A stretch of DNA of 64,000 nt from Tubiluchus corallicola (Eukaryota > Animalia > Priapulida), in NCBI GenBank assembly GCA_030141605.1, contig JAQGDQ010002384.1, positions 124,001-188,000 of the forward strand, given 5' to 3'. Below, piece after piece: positions 1-12,420 of the stretch (positions within the stretch are counted from its first letter, which is position 1; each line of letters starts with the position of its first letter). The translations under genes were made by a program, and so were the position numbers. The notes below the pieces were generated by a model. The model was not told where the DNA came from. It worked only from the letters and a program-made list of their open reading frames with translations, and did not search any database.

Positions 1-170
1 AGTTTATGACAATCAGCGTCACTTATTCTTGACCAGACACAGGAGTCCCTAAACGTAGGCCTTGACTAATGTTTACGTGGCAGCATCCATAGAGGTACAC
101 CCATTTACAAGGGCCATTTTTATCATCTTTTTCTCGGCAAACTTGCATTATGTGCTAAAAACTCATCGCC

Positions 171-538
171 CAGGACCGGATTATGACCTTCCGCGCGCCT
201 AAGCTAATGAAATTATGGGCCTCTATCAGATGGAGCCACCCTCTAAATCGTCCCACACCCGGTCTTGAACATTGTTTACTCGTGATATAATGCAGAGACA
301 CTTACATAGATTAAAGTGAGCTTATTGCAATTCTTTAAATAAATTAGATTAGCATTCTTTTGTTTGTTAATAAAAATATTCTTTAAGAAATGCCAGTATT
401 TTACTATTTATTGCAAACCAAATTAGTACACATTTCAACATAACCGCAGTGAAACAACAGACTTTTTTACTAATGTTAAAATGGTAGCAAAGCTTGAAAG
501 GTTGCAGCCTGTATTAGCCTATAAAATAATTCGCCCTG
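171..538. mobile_element. hAT-type MITE (CAGGGCCGGATT-like TIRs)
   Basis: caggaccggatta ... taattcgccctg; weak 8-bp TSD ctcatcgc/ctcattac. Confidence 0.5.
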
Positions 539-625
539 CTCATTACTTCTTAATTAAGTGCAGTACTGAATATTCAGTTAGGACTTTATGAAATTATAAC
601 AGACTTTTTACAGTTTAACGCTTAC

Positions 626-686
626 CTGTTATGAAAAGAGTCATCCATGTTGTAACCAAAGCTGTTATCGCCAAGCATAGTTGCAT
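626..686 (-). CDS. Possible first coding exon (signal peptide) of a downstream gene that continues outside the window
   Basis: ATG preceded by an in-frame TAA; MQLCLAITALVTTWMTLFIT+G is hydrophobic; ends at consensus donor CAG|GTAAGC in phase 1. Confidence 0.4.
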
Positions 687-2918
687 AATAACCCGTTTTT
701 ATCTTGATGAATAAACTGCGTTATAAAATTTGCAGCAGCTGAAGGTTATTGTACAAATATTGTTGTTAATAAGCGCAAGGAACTTTCTTGTTTGCACATC
801 ATTTGTCCCATTGTGGTAAAGCTTATTTCCATGTCTTCAATAAAATATATAGCGTCACCTTAGATATTGTCACGTGTGGGTTACGCCTTTTAACGACCGA
901 AAAAAGCGTCAACAGTAGACATGTTAGCGTGCTGTACTTTCCACAAATGAGATCTTCAGGCAATTTAGAAGTTCCACATGAACGGGCGTTCAGGTTTTGT
1001 TCGCCAGCGTCCAAGTGGATTAAGCTTAACAATTTAACGTGGCTGGGAGGGTCGAGGGAGGCGAACACAAAACAACCTTAGCCTAGACACACGTAAAACT
1101 GGCCATCACGTTTTTAAATTATGGTAAACATGCAGAAATTGAAATCGTAGTTGTTTGAAAGCAGAATTTATTAATGAAGATTCATTTGAGCTCATATATT
1201 TCCACTCGAATACCTAATTTTATGGGTCGCATGTAGCTATAAACTAATATCACCTTTCTGGCTAGTATTACATACTCGTACTATTCTGAATTATTTTTAT
1301 TTATTTATTTATTTATTTATTTAGTAAATGTAATTCCCTTTTAGGTAAGTTTAATAAATTACTTGAATTTTTAATTTTTGCTTTTCAGGCAGACAATGGG
1401 TTTTGTTGGATGACGTAGAATGTCAAAAAGGTCACTAAGCCTTCTTTCACGATTACGTTCTACGTCTTTTAATTTAGATTTACGTCTTTGCAACTAATAC
1501 GAAAATATTTCTCACCAGCCGAATAATATTGATTGCAACAAGCTAAATCAGATTTTGACGAAACTAAGAATCAATTTTCGCCATCTTTAAAATGTAACAA
1601 ATGAATACGTTTAATTGTCGCTGATTCACAATTGAATATATTGTGCAAAATAAAATTTATTACAGGAAAAACAGTGTTAAAACTAATATATTTTTTGTAG
1701 TTTGCCACACTAAAACGTAACATTGTGATACAAAATTAATAATTATGACTGGAATGAAAGAAGATGCGCCACGTGGTCTATGTGAAGTGCAGAAATCACA
1801 ACTTGGCATCGCAAAAATTCCAATCTTGCTTGTCATTGTCTTTACGGCTATTGTTCAATCGGAAAACTGTACTTCCTCCCAATGTTTCCTCTATTATCCA
1901 CGTCAGGCACATGAACTTCACCACTGTCCTTTTTTGCTAAACACAAAAGAAACAAAATTATGTTTTATAAAACTTAAATTATTATTTTTAAAAATTACAC
2001 ATTCCTGATACGCCATTTTCAAATTGCCAAAAATAATCTGTTAAACTAAATTTTGTTTTCTAAACTCTAGTTTGTAATAATTAATGCAACAATAAGTGTT
2101 TTTGGAATGGCCGTAAAAGTTCCTTCTATAATCTATTCGTTCAATTTAATTGAAATTTATAAAAGTAGGCATTTGCGTTTTTGTGCTCGTCAGACATGCT
2201 TTTATAATATCATGCTGATTTTGAAAAAAATTGAATCCAAATTTTATTTTTGAAGAAAATTTGAATCCAAAAAGCAAATTTTACTTTTGCACAGGCTTCA
2301 CCCACACTTTTGTGTAGCGCTTTTACTAAAACGTATTCTCGCGTTTAAAGTTGAAAAAACAAAAAAACTTAAAGCATTAAAACCAGAAAAAACGCATAAA
2401 AATTCTCTCTACCAACGATCGAACTATGGGCCTTCAGGTCAAAAACAAATAGTCTCATAACCGCATGATTGAGCTGTGATACAGTATCGGTTTTAAATCT
2501 TTTCAAATTTTCCTTCCTATCAAATTGTTAATTTGATTAGTGATAATTACTCTCTGTTATTTACATAGTTTTATCTTAGCTCTAATTACTTTTCAGTGCA
2601 TGCAAGAAGGACATTAATTAGCACTGAATTGCGTTATTATTGCTACACAAAAATAAAAACATTCCCATACGAAACCTTCAATTTTTTTCGAAACACTGAA
2701 GCTTGTTTCAGACATGTGACCTGGTGAACGTGCTACAAAAGTACCTGTAGAACACACCTATAATAAATAAAATAAATACGCACACGAGTTAGTTATTTAG
2801 CAACAGTCAAGAACCGTTAGTTAAAAAATAACGAGTTAATAACAACAATTTTTAACAATAAGTTAATAACACGAATTTTCCTATCTTTACTTAAGTAAAT
2901 GTTTTTCTTACGTTTTAA

Positions 2919-3602
2919 AGGACAAGAAAAGGTGTACCTGAAGCAGGTTTCAGAAAAATCGCCTTAAAAAATTATATTACTTTATAGCAATTTTATGCCT
3001 ATATCTTACTCGCACTGAAAGTAATTTTGATTTGTTTTCATTTTAAATTTCCCGCAATACTATTCCGAAGTCGCCATTACATGACGTCATGCACCAAACG
3101 TAAATCAAGGGAAGAAAAGGCAATGTTAAATTATATCTCAAAAGACTTTCCGTGCAAATCTATATTACTTAGATTTTCGCTTACCTGCTAGAGAGATTTA
3201 TGTAACTAGAAAAGAAAATTATTAATTATTTAAAATGTTTTCACCAATTGGTAAAATGTAGCTGACTCACCCTACAGGGTGCACCACTCACTAACAAAAA
3301 AACGTATTTTTAATCTTATTGACAAGACATAGTAATTTTAAATTTTATTTAGTTAGTGACTTGCGCGCTACGAATGCTCTGATTATTTTTTCAAACTTTA
3401 CAAAATGTTATCTAAACTTGTTTCAAATGACCTGTCGTGAAAATGGCTGCGTCTAACGGTCATCGCGGGAGTTTAAATTTACAGGTTTTATACAGCGTGA
3501 CTGCCGATTGAAGTCCTGCATGCAAAAAGGCAGCATGTAAGCGAAACAAAATTTCAAAACGAATTTTTCAAGCTTTATGTTTATGAAGGGTTCTCTTGTG
3601 CT
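2919..3602 (+). mobile_element. Non-autonomous Kolobok/T2-type MITE, family K2, complete copy
   Basis: TTAA|AGGACAAGAAAAGG ... GGTTCTCTTGTGCT|TTAA: imperfect TIRs and TTAA TSD; body recurs several times in the window. Confidence 0.75.
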
Positions 3603-3694
3603 TTAAGCACCACACCGCTTGATTAAGTTCTTTCGGTAGACAATGTTTTGCAGCCTATACTGCCTTATTGCACACAGATGTTATATTAGCAATA

Positions 3695-4088
3695 ATACTG
3701 TATAAAACATGTAAATTTAAACTCCCGCGATGACTGTTAGGCGCAGCCATTTTGACGGTAGATTGTTTGAAACAACTTTAGGTGACATTGTGTGAAGTTT
3801 GAAAAAACCATCAGAGAATTCGCAGCGCACTCTTCTGTTACTAAACAAAAGACTTAATTACTTTACATTACCAATAAAATTAAAAATACGTTTTTGATAA
3901 CTTAGTGGTGCATACTGGGCTGGTGAAACACTGACGATTTACCAGTTGGAGCAAACATTTTAAATTGCTAAAAAATTTCTTTTCTAGTTACATAAGTCCC
4001 TCAAGCAGGTAAGCGTATAGCTAAGTAATATAAGTTTGTGTGGAAAGTTTTTGTGAACATTCTTTAAAAATGTTTTTTCTTCCCCTTC
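3695..4088 (-). mobile_element. K2 MITE, partial inverted copy
   Basis: Reverse complement of ~3107-3500 (aaatttaaactcccgcgatgac...gcaggtaagcg). Confidence 0.75.
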
Positions 4089-4671
4089 AACATTTTTTGC
4101 TGTTTCAAGGAAATCAATGTGCACCACACGCTTAGCACACATGGAACTAATGGAAGGAATTCAGCCAAACGAGTCAAGAACCAAACTTAGAGTCCTGGTT
4201 GCACCATTTGAAAACTAGGGCAGAGGCGGGCCAAACTGCTGGTGAAATTGAGGAAGCGCTTTTACATCTCCCTGGATATTCTGACATTTGGCACCGCTTC
4301 ACTTAAACTTTCATAAATACTTTTTAAGAAAAAGCTTTCTTCCGATTAAAATTTTTCGTCTATAAATGGTAGTACTAAACTAGTCATCTAGATAATTTAG
4401 TAAAAAAAGCAAGCGAAGGCAATTAGCTGATCGAGCGCCCGAAGTTAAGCAACAGCTGATCCTGAGCAGTAAATGAATGGATAATCAATATGAAAATTGG
4501 TTCTGCGGCTTCTTCTGCTATATTTCCCCGGCTCTTTTCCCTGCTGAAGAGAGGTACAATCGCGTCCATCTTAGAGGGCTGTCTTCGATAATAAGCAAGA
4601 TCCCGTCCAGTCACAACAATTTATAATAATCATTTGAACGCACGAAAGAATATTATATTAAAAAGTGTGAA

Positions 4672-4762
4672 AAATTTCAAACCACCGCTAGGACTCGAAC
4701 CTAGGACTTATGCTGTCCAGGCAGCTATACTAGCCGCTACACCACAAAGGCACTTGACCTAC
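4672..4762 (-). mobile_element. tRNA-derived SINE head / tRNA pseudogene
   Basis: TGGTGTAGCGG (A box) and GGTTCGAGTCC (B box), then TTTTT; cloverleaf imperfect. Confidence 0.6.
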
Positions 4763-4869
4763 TTGACGGCACGTATGCTACTAGTTGTATATGAATGAGG
4801 AATTAAAGTCTACATTGTACCACATAGTACAAGATCAATTCTATGAACGCCCGAAAGCTGGTATAAATT

Positions 4870-4935
4870 ATCCCTTCATCGGGATTCGAACTCATAACCT
4901 ACAATCCGGGTTGCTAACCATTACGCCACAGAGAG
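4870..4935 (-). mobile_element. Degenerate tRNA-like head
   Basis: GTGGCGTAATGGTTAGC ... GAGTTCGAATCCC; anticodon arm shortened. Confidence 0.55.
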
Positions 4936-5513
4936 ATTTTTCAGAATAAAAAAAATACACTGGACGATGAAAAAGGTAACTAGCAGGTTGACCTAATTAG
5001 CAAACGCCAAAAGACAAGATATTAGACAGGTTTCCATCATTTGTAAAAAATGTGGCACATGTTTTTCCTTCCATACAGGTGCTGCCAATGAAATTAGTAT
5101 TCATCAGTTTGTTAGATTTGAGTGCACGCATGCGCAAGTCAACTCAAAAATAAATGTAAAGACAAGCATAATAATTAGTAAGTTACGGAGGTAACCTTAG
5201 TCATCAGAATACCGACCAACCAAAAGCTGTACTGCCTGTAGATTTTTGCATCAGTAGATTTAGTATAATAAATGCATATTATGTTAAAAGTAATTTTTAA
5301 TTTTTTTGTGCGTATGCGTTGAGAAGTTATATTTTGTAATTGAATTTTAATTTTACCTATGTAAATTTTATGTCTTTTATTCACAATTTAAAAAATTAAC
5401 TCTTGTAATAGTAGTTTAACACTATTGCCTACAACAGGCATTGAGTGGTTACACATATAGTATTTTCACGTATTTTATCACACCTGTAAATGTGTAGAAC
5501 TTATGCAATAAAG

Positions 5514-5517
<4 letters not shown>

Positions 5518-5558
<41 letters not shown>
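5518..5558. repeat. (TA)n, probably the tail of a LINE 3'UTR (5270-5558)
   Basis: aataaagatt followed by (TA)n. Confidence 0.85.
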
Positions 5559-5563
<5 letters not shown>

Positions 5564-5655
5564 CACTGCTGTGATGGCAGTGCTAATCGTGCAAAGTTAA
5601 CAGCGCAGTTCACAGCGGGTATTGCTCTCCTCAATTTTTCCCTAGTTCTTATGCA

Positions 5656-6355
5656 TTAAATAACAGCATATTTTAAGACTAACAATACCTGAGTGCTATT
5701 GGTTAATCTGCCATTGTAGTATTTAGTGTTCCTGTCGTGTGGATATCGCAATTCGCCGCAGCAGCTCCTGCTTTTCAGGACAGCAATGAAACCCAACCGG
5801 AACTTCCGGTTCAGAAATCCGTACAGGACCGGATCAATCCCACTATTCGACGTGGATATCCATTGGCATATGGGTATGAGCAGTGCCAGCTGCGCATTGT
5901 TATCGGAGACAACTCCAAAATAAACAAACGCAAACGTCAAGTACAGTGGCAGCCAACTGAAGGCGAACACCATCACAACGACTAGGACCATTTTTGCAAG
6001 TTTGAGCTTCTGTTTTCGAACCAGCGTTTCCAAGTCACGTGTTTCACCAATCACGGGACGTCGTAAGACGTGCAGAAATATCAAGAAATAGCAAACACTT
6101 ATGACAGCTAAGGGAACAATGTAGCACTGCAAAGCTACAACGCACAAGAAGTACCATTTTGCTGCAGCGGGATCGTGCCATCCGAATTCGCCACAAACTG
6201 ACAGTAATTGACCCTTGAATATTATATCTACGGCATCGTAATACAGCAACCAAGGAATGAAGGTCAGGCAGGAATATATCCATATAACAGCAATGAATCG
6301 TCCCGCTGCCTTCGTCGTCATCTCATACTTCATCGGATAAACAATAGAAATGTAT
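5656..6355 (-). CDS. GPCR exon 3A (ICL2-TM7, C-tail); exon1+2A+3A gives 356 aa
   Basis: Acceptor atttccag|ATAC completes ERY. YISIVYPMK...VCGEFGW...CYIVPL...FAFSWLPLY...NSGIDPVLYGFLNRKFRLGF...CC; intact ORF. Confidence 0.93.
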
Positions 6356-6433
6356 CTGGAAATATAAATCTCATTATTTTTGCAATACAATAATTGCCAA
6401 CAGGTGTCTCTAGTGAGAAATCCTTTTCAAGAC

Positions 6434-7096
6434 CAGGGCCGGATTTTAATTTTGTAGGCCCCTGGGTTACAGATACATGAGGCTCCGGCCCCAGTGACAA
6501 TTAAAAAAAGCGTGAATGTTGGATTCTTCAAATCAGCTTATTCAAATTCTACAAAATAATGCCAACATTAGGCCCACGTAGATGGGTGAAAGTTTAACAC
6601 AACAAAAAGAGAAGAAATATTCTGATATTTACAAAATTAAAACATGGAATACATACGAATTACAATAAATTGTAATTTTGTCACAGGAGGTGACCTCAAT
6701 TCCTCTAAAATTGTGTCATTGTAATCAGATTGCTAGTGTATTTGGCAGTATCAATGAGTTCAAATAATGAACAAGAAAACAATTTCAGTGTATTATTACA
6801 CAGTATATTAATGCATTCTCTAGCAACTTTTCACAGTAATTTACTTTCACTTAATTTCTGGAGGCCCCTCAACTGGCAAAGGCCCCTGGGCTGCAGCCCA
6901 TAAAGCCCATGCTCTAGTAACTTTTCACAGTAATTTACTTTCAGAATCTCTGGAGGCCCCTCAACTGGCAAAGGCCCCTGGGATGCAGCCCATAAAGCCC
7001 ATGCTCTAGTAACTTTTCACAGTAATTTACTTTCACTTAATTTCTGAAGGCCCCTCAGCTGGCGAAGGCCGCTGGGCTGCAGCCCATCTGGTACTG
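6434..7096. mobile_element. hAT-type MITE in the intron between exons 2A and 3A
   Basis: CAGGGCCGGAT ... ATCTGGTACTG; 8-bp TSD ttcaagac/ttaaagac; internal GGCCCC motifs. Confidence 0.7.
6818..7087 (+). repeat. 3 x ~93-bp tandem repeat (MITE subterminal)
   Basis: Units ctctag..acttttcacagtaatttactttca...ggcccctca...gctgcagcccat start at 6818, 6912 and 7004. Confidence 0.9.
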
Positions 7097-7449
7097 TTAA
7101 AGACAATTAATGAGTTTTGAGAACTCAGCTGATTCACGGCTGTTTCAACTAGAAAATGCTCACTAAGCAGCATTAGGTTTTATACTGTACTGTGTTATAC
7201 TAGCTTTAAAAATCTTTGCATGTTTGTTAGAGATTTCGTCGTCTTTAATATAACATCAATAATTGATTCATTAAACCACCATGCATCGTCTCCCAAAAGA
7301 CAGTCACCAAACTAATTTTCTTACTTATTTAATCGTTGGTAAAGAGCAAACATGACTGACTTATTCCTTATTCATTATATTAAACACTTACTGATTAATA
7401 AGACCAGATTTCAAAAGCAAGCCTCCCTTGCTCGTGTGTATTTGCTTAC

Positions 7450-7549
7450 CTCTCTACAGATATGGTAGCCAGTGTGTTCACGGAAGAGGAAACGGAAACA
7501 GCTTGAAGCCAGACAACTGTTTTGCACGCCCCATCCGAGAACGGATAAC
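7450..7549 (-). CDS. GPCR exon 2A (ECL1-TM3), 100 nt
   Basis: cttttaaag|GTTATCCG...GTAGAGAG|gtaagc. Translates (S)YPFSDGACKTVVWLQAVSVSSSVNTLATISVER. Same length and phases as 2B; 18/34 residues identical by hand count. Confidence 0.9.
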
Positions 7550-7739
7550 CTTTAAAAGAAAGCTTGTGCTAGCAAACTAGAGTTTAGATCTATTACTGTA
7601 TTAGTAAGGTACTAATTATATCTTTTATTTATCATTACTAATTGTTTTGTCTGTATTCAGGTTTTGTGGTTTTCTGCCGAGGAAAGCGCCAGTGATGCAA
7701 AGACGACAGATATATTTTATTCAAATTTGAAAGTAGCTA

Positions 7740-8300
7740 ATGCAAGAAAACACTTTTCATAACAAAAGTTTAAAAAATCGTCTTGAAATTTTATATCACT
7801 TACATGCTGATTGTAAATTAAAGTACAAGAGAACACTCTTCATAAATAAAGCTTAAACATCGTCTTGAAAGGTCATATTGCTTACATACTGTCTTATTGC
7901 ATACAGGGCTTACGTTAACAGTAGCGCTGTATAGAGCTCGTAAATTTAAACTCCCGCGTTAGGCGCAGTCATTGTAATGTCAGTCGTTTGAAACAAATTT
8001 AGATAACATCGCATAAAGTTCGAAAAAATAATCAGAGCATTTGTAACACGCTCCTCGCTAACTAAGCAAAAGTATAAATTGCTTTACATTATCAATAAGA
8101 TTAAAAATACGTTTTTGGTGAATCAGTGGTGCACGCTGGGATGGTGATGCAGTGCCATTCCACTAGTTGTCGCGAGCATTTAAAATTATTAAGAAATTTC
8201 TTGTCTAGTTACATTTGTTTTTCAAACAGATAAGAATGATGCATACAGAAGTAATGTAACTTCATATCATGGAAAGTTCCTAGAGACATACTGTACTTTA
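7740..8300 (-). mobile_element. K2 MITE, inverted copy with duplicated terminal segment
   Basis: TTAA|AGTACAAGAGAAC at 7818-7834; 7740-7810 repeats 7825-7890; body matches the K2 reverse complement. Confidence 0.7.
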
Positions 8301-9124
8301 AAAACCGTTTTGATTCTCGTTAAAAAATTTATTATGAGGTTTTCGGTGACCGCATTGGTAATTTTATTTCATGATATGATATGATGTGATTAACATGGTA
8401 ATGTTATAGCAAAGAATGTTTTTTACTATAATGTTTACGAACTGTATTCTGTACAATAATAATTTGCTAATAAAACACGCTTCATTTCGTCAGTCACAAA
8501 ACAGTTCAGGTCGTGGCATCATCCTGAATTCTGTTTGTCAGCTAAATCGATCTAGATTCGCCCTGCGTTATGACTTTCACTTAACGCTACACAAATAATT
8601 TACATATTTCATTATTGTTGTGACTAACCGACTGACTCAATACTATCTGAGGTTAATACAGCGCCCTTTTCGCCTAGAAATATACTGTTTTTTATTTTGT
8701 ATTAATTTGCATTTAATAATGGATAAAGTTACGATGATTTTATGCATGAGATGAGTTTTCTTACTGCAGTTACAAATGTTTGCGGCCTAAAATGTTTCAC
8801 TGTTTACCTGTGTTTGTCCTGCACCTCCTATTAACACCGTGTATTATTTGAAATTAATTAAGATTGAACAAAAGATGGCGCTTCTATCAAAGAATTGAAA
8901 CTTGAGTAGTTTTGTTACGTTAACGCCAGTGACGCACTACAAGTCCTTTTTTGTAACTTTTGTCAGCAAACAATGATGAATTAAGAAAGAATAAATGGCT
9001 TCCCATTCTTTGGGGCAAAAATCTTGTGCATATGTCATAGATAAGAAAAAAATTAAATGTTCAAGCAGAAAGTCAGTCTGTGTCACCAGAAAATCATCGA
9101 CTCTGCCAATCGGTTAGTAGATCA

Positions 9125-9480
9125 GCTAACCATCTACTTTTCAACCTGGTAATCGATGAACTGATCTCGAAAGTCGGTTCTCGATTTGGCTATGGGATCG
9201 ACGAATACCAAGTGGCTATAGTTGGTTTTACCGATGACCTAGTCCTAATCTCAGCCTCGAAACATGGCATGGGAGTTTTGTTGGAGACAGCCAATGGCTT
9301 CTTCACGAAACGAGGTATGACACTGAACGCCAACAAGTGCAAAGCCATGAAGCTAGTCAAGGCATACCAGCGAAAGGCTATGAAAGTGTTAATAGAGCAC
9401 ACATGGAAGATCTGCCAGACTCCTATTCCAATGCTGGGAGTCAGTGATACGTATAAATACCTGAGAATCCCCATGACTGC
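9125..9480 (+). mobile_element. Non-LTR RT fragment, R2/NeSL-like (RLE group)
   Basis: LLFNLVIDEL...AIVGFTDDLVL...GMTLNANKC...YKYLRI, covering RT domains 5-7 and the thumb. Confidence 0.75.
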
Positions 9481-10811
9481 CAACCTGTCTAGTCAACCAG
9501 CTGAGCAAATTTATTTATCAGAGAGTCCAAAGATATACCATTTGTGCTGGTGCAGCATGTAACCACTAGCGTGTGTAAAATTTAGAAAATCACGCTTAAC
9601 TTCTGAGAAAACAAAACAATAATAACAGATATGAGATTAATACTGTTTCACTTTTATATTTCACAAATATGAACTTTCACTTCATAAACAATGACGTCAG
9701 GATTCGCCAGTTAAAATAATCCAATCCAGAAAAATGTGACACATTAATGATAAAACAGTATAGATCTTAAATGTACCACAAAAATACTGGTACTTATGTA
9801 AGTGATTTCTAGTGATGTTGACTTTTCAGCAGTATCAGTCCTGCGTGACTTATAAATGAACAGTCAATCGCAAGGTACAATTATACGAGCTGTCATAGAA
9901 GAAATAAACTGGGGAAATAAACCTGTTAAGCAGTAACTATGACATCAGCTACCGTTCTGTCGGTTTCTCCAATCATTGGCACCTAGTAAGAAAACTACGT
10001 CTCTAGGAATGGCAACTTAACTTTATGATGCGTCCTTAAATGTCAATACCTTATTTTAAACTAAGTGTAAAGAAAGTGTATCAAAAAATGATGACACTAT
10101 TTGCAGCAAGATAGAAAACCAAAAATGGCAGACGGTAATAACTTTATAATTTTATAACTTTATAACCTAATTTTATAATATCAGCAGTCAATTGACCAAG
10201 ATACTCATAATGACGAAAGTTTAGTTCATACTTGATTTAATACTTTTTGCAAGCTATATTATTACTGTCTTGTGTAGGATCTAACTACAATGATACAGAG
10301 CCATGTAGTAATGGTTTTTAATTCATTTGTTGCCAATTCCAAAACCAAGTACAACATCCGGACAAACTGCAGAGCTGATTCAGTCAAAAGAAGCTGGAAA
10401 GTATTGCAACTTTAGAATAGAGAATGCACATGAAATATTTCTTACTATCTCATGGTCACATCCCGTAGAGCAGACTAAAAATTATATCGTTAAGCATAAT
10501 CAATGAAAAACAGTGACAACATATGATACCACTAACATCAACATAGACCTAAATCAGACAGTGAGGGCAACTCAAAAAATACACTGGTCTTGAAAATATA
10601 ATTTTTCAGATTGCTTCAAACTCCATTGTGATTTATATCTTCCCTGATACCTGATAACTTAATAACAACATTCAAATATTGCACAAAGGTAACATCACAT
10701 TATATTAGATAGTGTAATATAACAGGCAGCTACAACATCGTAAAGATTGCTCATACTGCCAAGTGTTAACTAAACAGGCTACTAAACAAGCCTGCTCAAT
10801 CCATCAGTTCA

Positions 10812-10817
10812 TTTATT
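10812..10817 (-). promoter_or_regulatory. Candidate polyadenylation signal (AATAAA) for cassette B
   Basis: tttatt on + strand, about 575 nt downstream of the exon 3B stop. The motif is common in AT-rich DNA. Confidence 0.35.
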
Positions 10818-11390
10818 ACAAGTACACTTCTATATTCCATACTCATTACACTAATGTGTACAATCATTTTCATTGTCAACTAACTTCAACCTAGGCAAGA
10901 TCAGAAGACAATATTTGGTCACATGCTTGTCGCTACAAAATTTTCCAATCGTGAAGACAATAGCACAAGTTTCATTTGCTTTAAAATTGGTGCAATAACA
11001 TCTTTGAACTTGTGAATGTAATATAGCGTGTTTTATACAAATAGTCTGTGATTCACTTCATGACCAAGAGACCATCACAAAATTCGGCTCACATTCCAGT
11101 ATCTGCAAATAGGATTATGACAAGTACACTATTTGGGAATAATTTAACAGATGTATTGGTAATCTTGGAAACTAGTCACCATTCGAGTTACAAAGCGAAC
11201 ACATCACACTTAGCCCGCACATTGTGCAGAAAAACGTTCTCTTGTAAATTTCTCTTCTGTTATTGTTGCTGGTAACAAAAAAGCAGCTCCGTCACATGTA
11301 AGAAAAGTACCAAGTAGACGCCATCATGCACAACCATCAATGACACTAGCGACATGTGGAGCTGCTTTCAGAAACTCCTCTTCATTTTCT

Positions 11391-12126
11391 TCACACATCG
11401 TCTTTCAAAGTCGCCATACAGTAATCTACATGGGTCTGTTCAGAAACGATCCTCTGACTATTTACTGCAGATGTGGTATAGTGTCCTATCCTGTCTCCAG
11501 GATACTTCAGCTTCTTACAACAAGACCCACTCATCACTATGGCTTTGAACCCTTGCCTGTATTTTCGGTTTAAGTAGGCATAGATGCACGGATTAATACA
11601 ACTATTTGCAGTGGAAACCCACTGAAGGACGGGAACAGCGTGATTGACGTAACTTAGTGCCACGTCATCAAAACTGTTGAAGTAATAGCCGATGAAGATG
11701 GCGTACAAAGGTAGCCAAGAAATGGCGAAAATCAAGACTACCACCAGAAGCATTTTGATGACTTGGATCCGTTGGCGACGGACAATATTCTCATACTCTC
11801 GAGCATCGCCGATTAAATCTCTTTTCCACACAGCCAAGAAAATGTTCATGTAACAAAAACTGATTGTTAAAAGTGGGGCAACATAGCAGAGGATGAAGAC
11901 ATTGAACAACAAATTCCACTTCATCGCGTGTTCGTACCCGTTCGGCCATTGTTCCATGCAGTAGCGTATGATTACTTGGCGATCTGCTGACGGATTATCA
12001 GTTATTTGGAAAAAAGCAAACCATGGAATAAAAAACGCCCCGGCGCAAATCCAGATGGCAGCACAAGCTTTTCTAGCTGTCCTCAATGTCATCTGAAATT
12101 TCATTGGGTGGCAAATGGCAAAGTAT
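11391..12126 (-). CDS. GPCR exon 3B (ICL2-TM7, C-tail); exon1+2B+3B gives 368 aa
   Basis: Acceptor ttttccag|ATAC completes DRY. YFAICHPMK...YCMEQW...CYVAPL...FAISWLPLY...NSCINPCIYAYLNRKYRQGF...CC; stop at 11391. Confidence 0.95.
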
Positions 12127-12420
12127 CTGGAAAAATAACAATAAAGACAAAGTTATATGAAACTTGTTGGCTGATTGGAGTTGAACATATGTCAGATATA
12201 GCGGGGTTTTAACAAAACGGAGACAGGCTAGGAAATAGATAGAAGGTAACTACAGTTAGCAAACACTGACTAAACTGAAAAAGTTAACAAAAAATGTCTG
12301 ACCATTAAGTTGGATGTTGCTGATGACTTCATTCAATAAAACTATTTTCAATCCTGTAAGACGGCAACTTACTTTGCAAGACTACATTTACAAATGTCAG
12401 TGCCACTTTTGCAGGCTTAC

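Noticed and set aside
4672-4935. Functional tRNA genes
   Set aside because: A and B boxes are present, but the acceptor and anticodon stems do not close properly.
6356-6390. ORF-track N-terminus MYCKNNEIYIS for receptor A (likewise the M start at 12104 and the TTG start at 38147)
   Set aside because: 6356-6390 is intronic, upstream of the AG acceptor; 12104 is an internal Met of exon 3B; the likely start is ATG at 38114.
7550-11390. A separate exon 1 for cassette A
   Set aside because: Read for GN / TN.F..NLA..D coding on the minus strand and none was found. The only substantial ORF is the plus-strand RT fragment.
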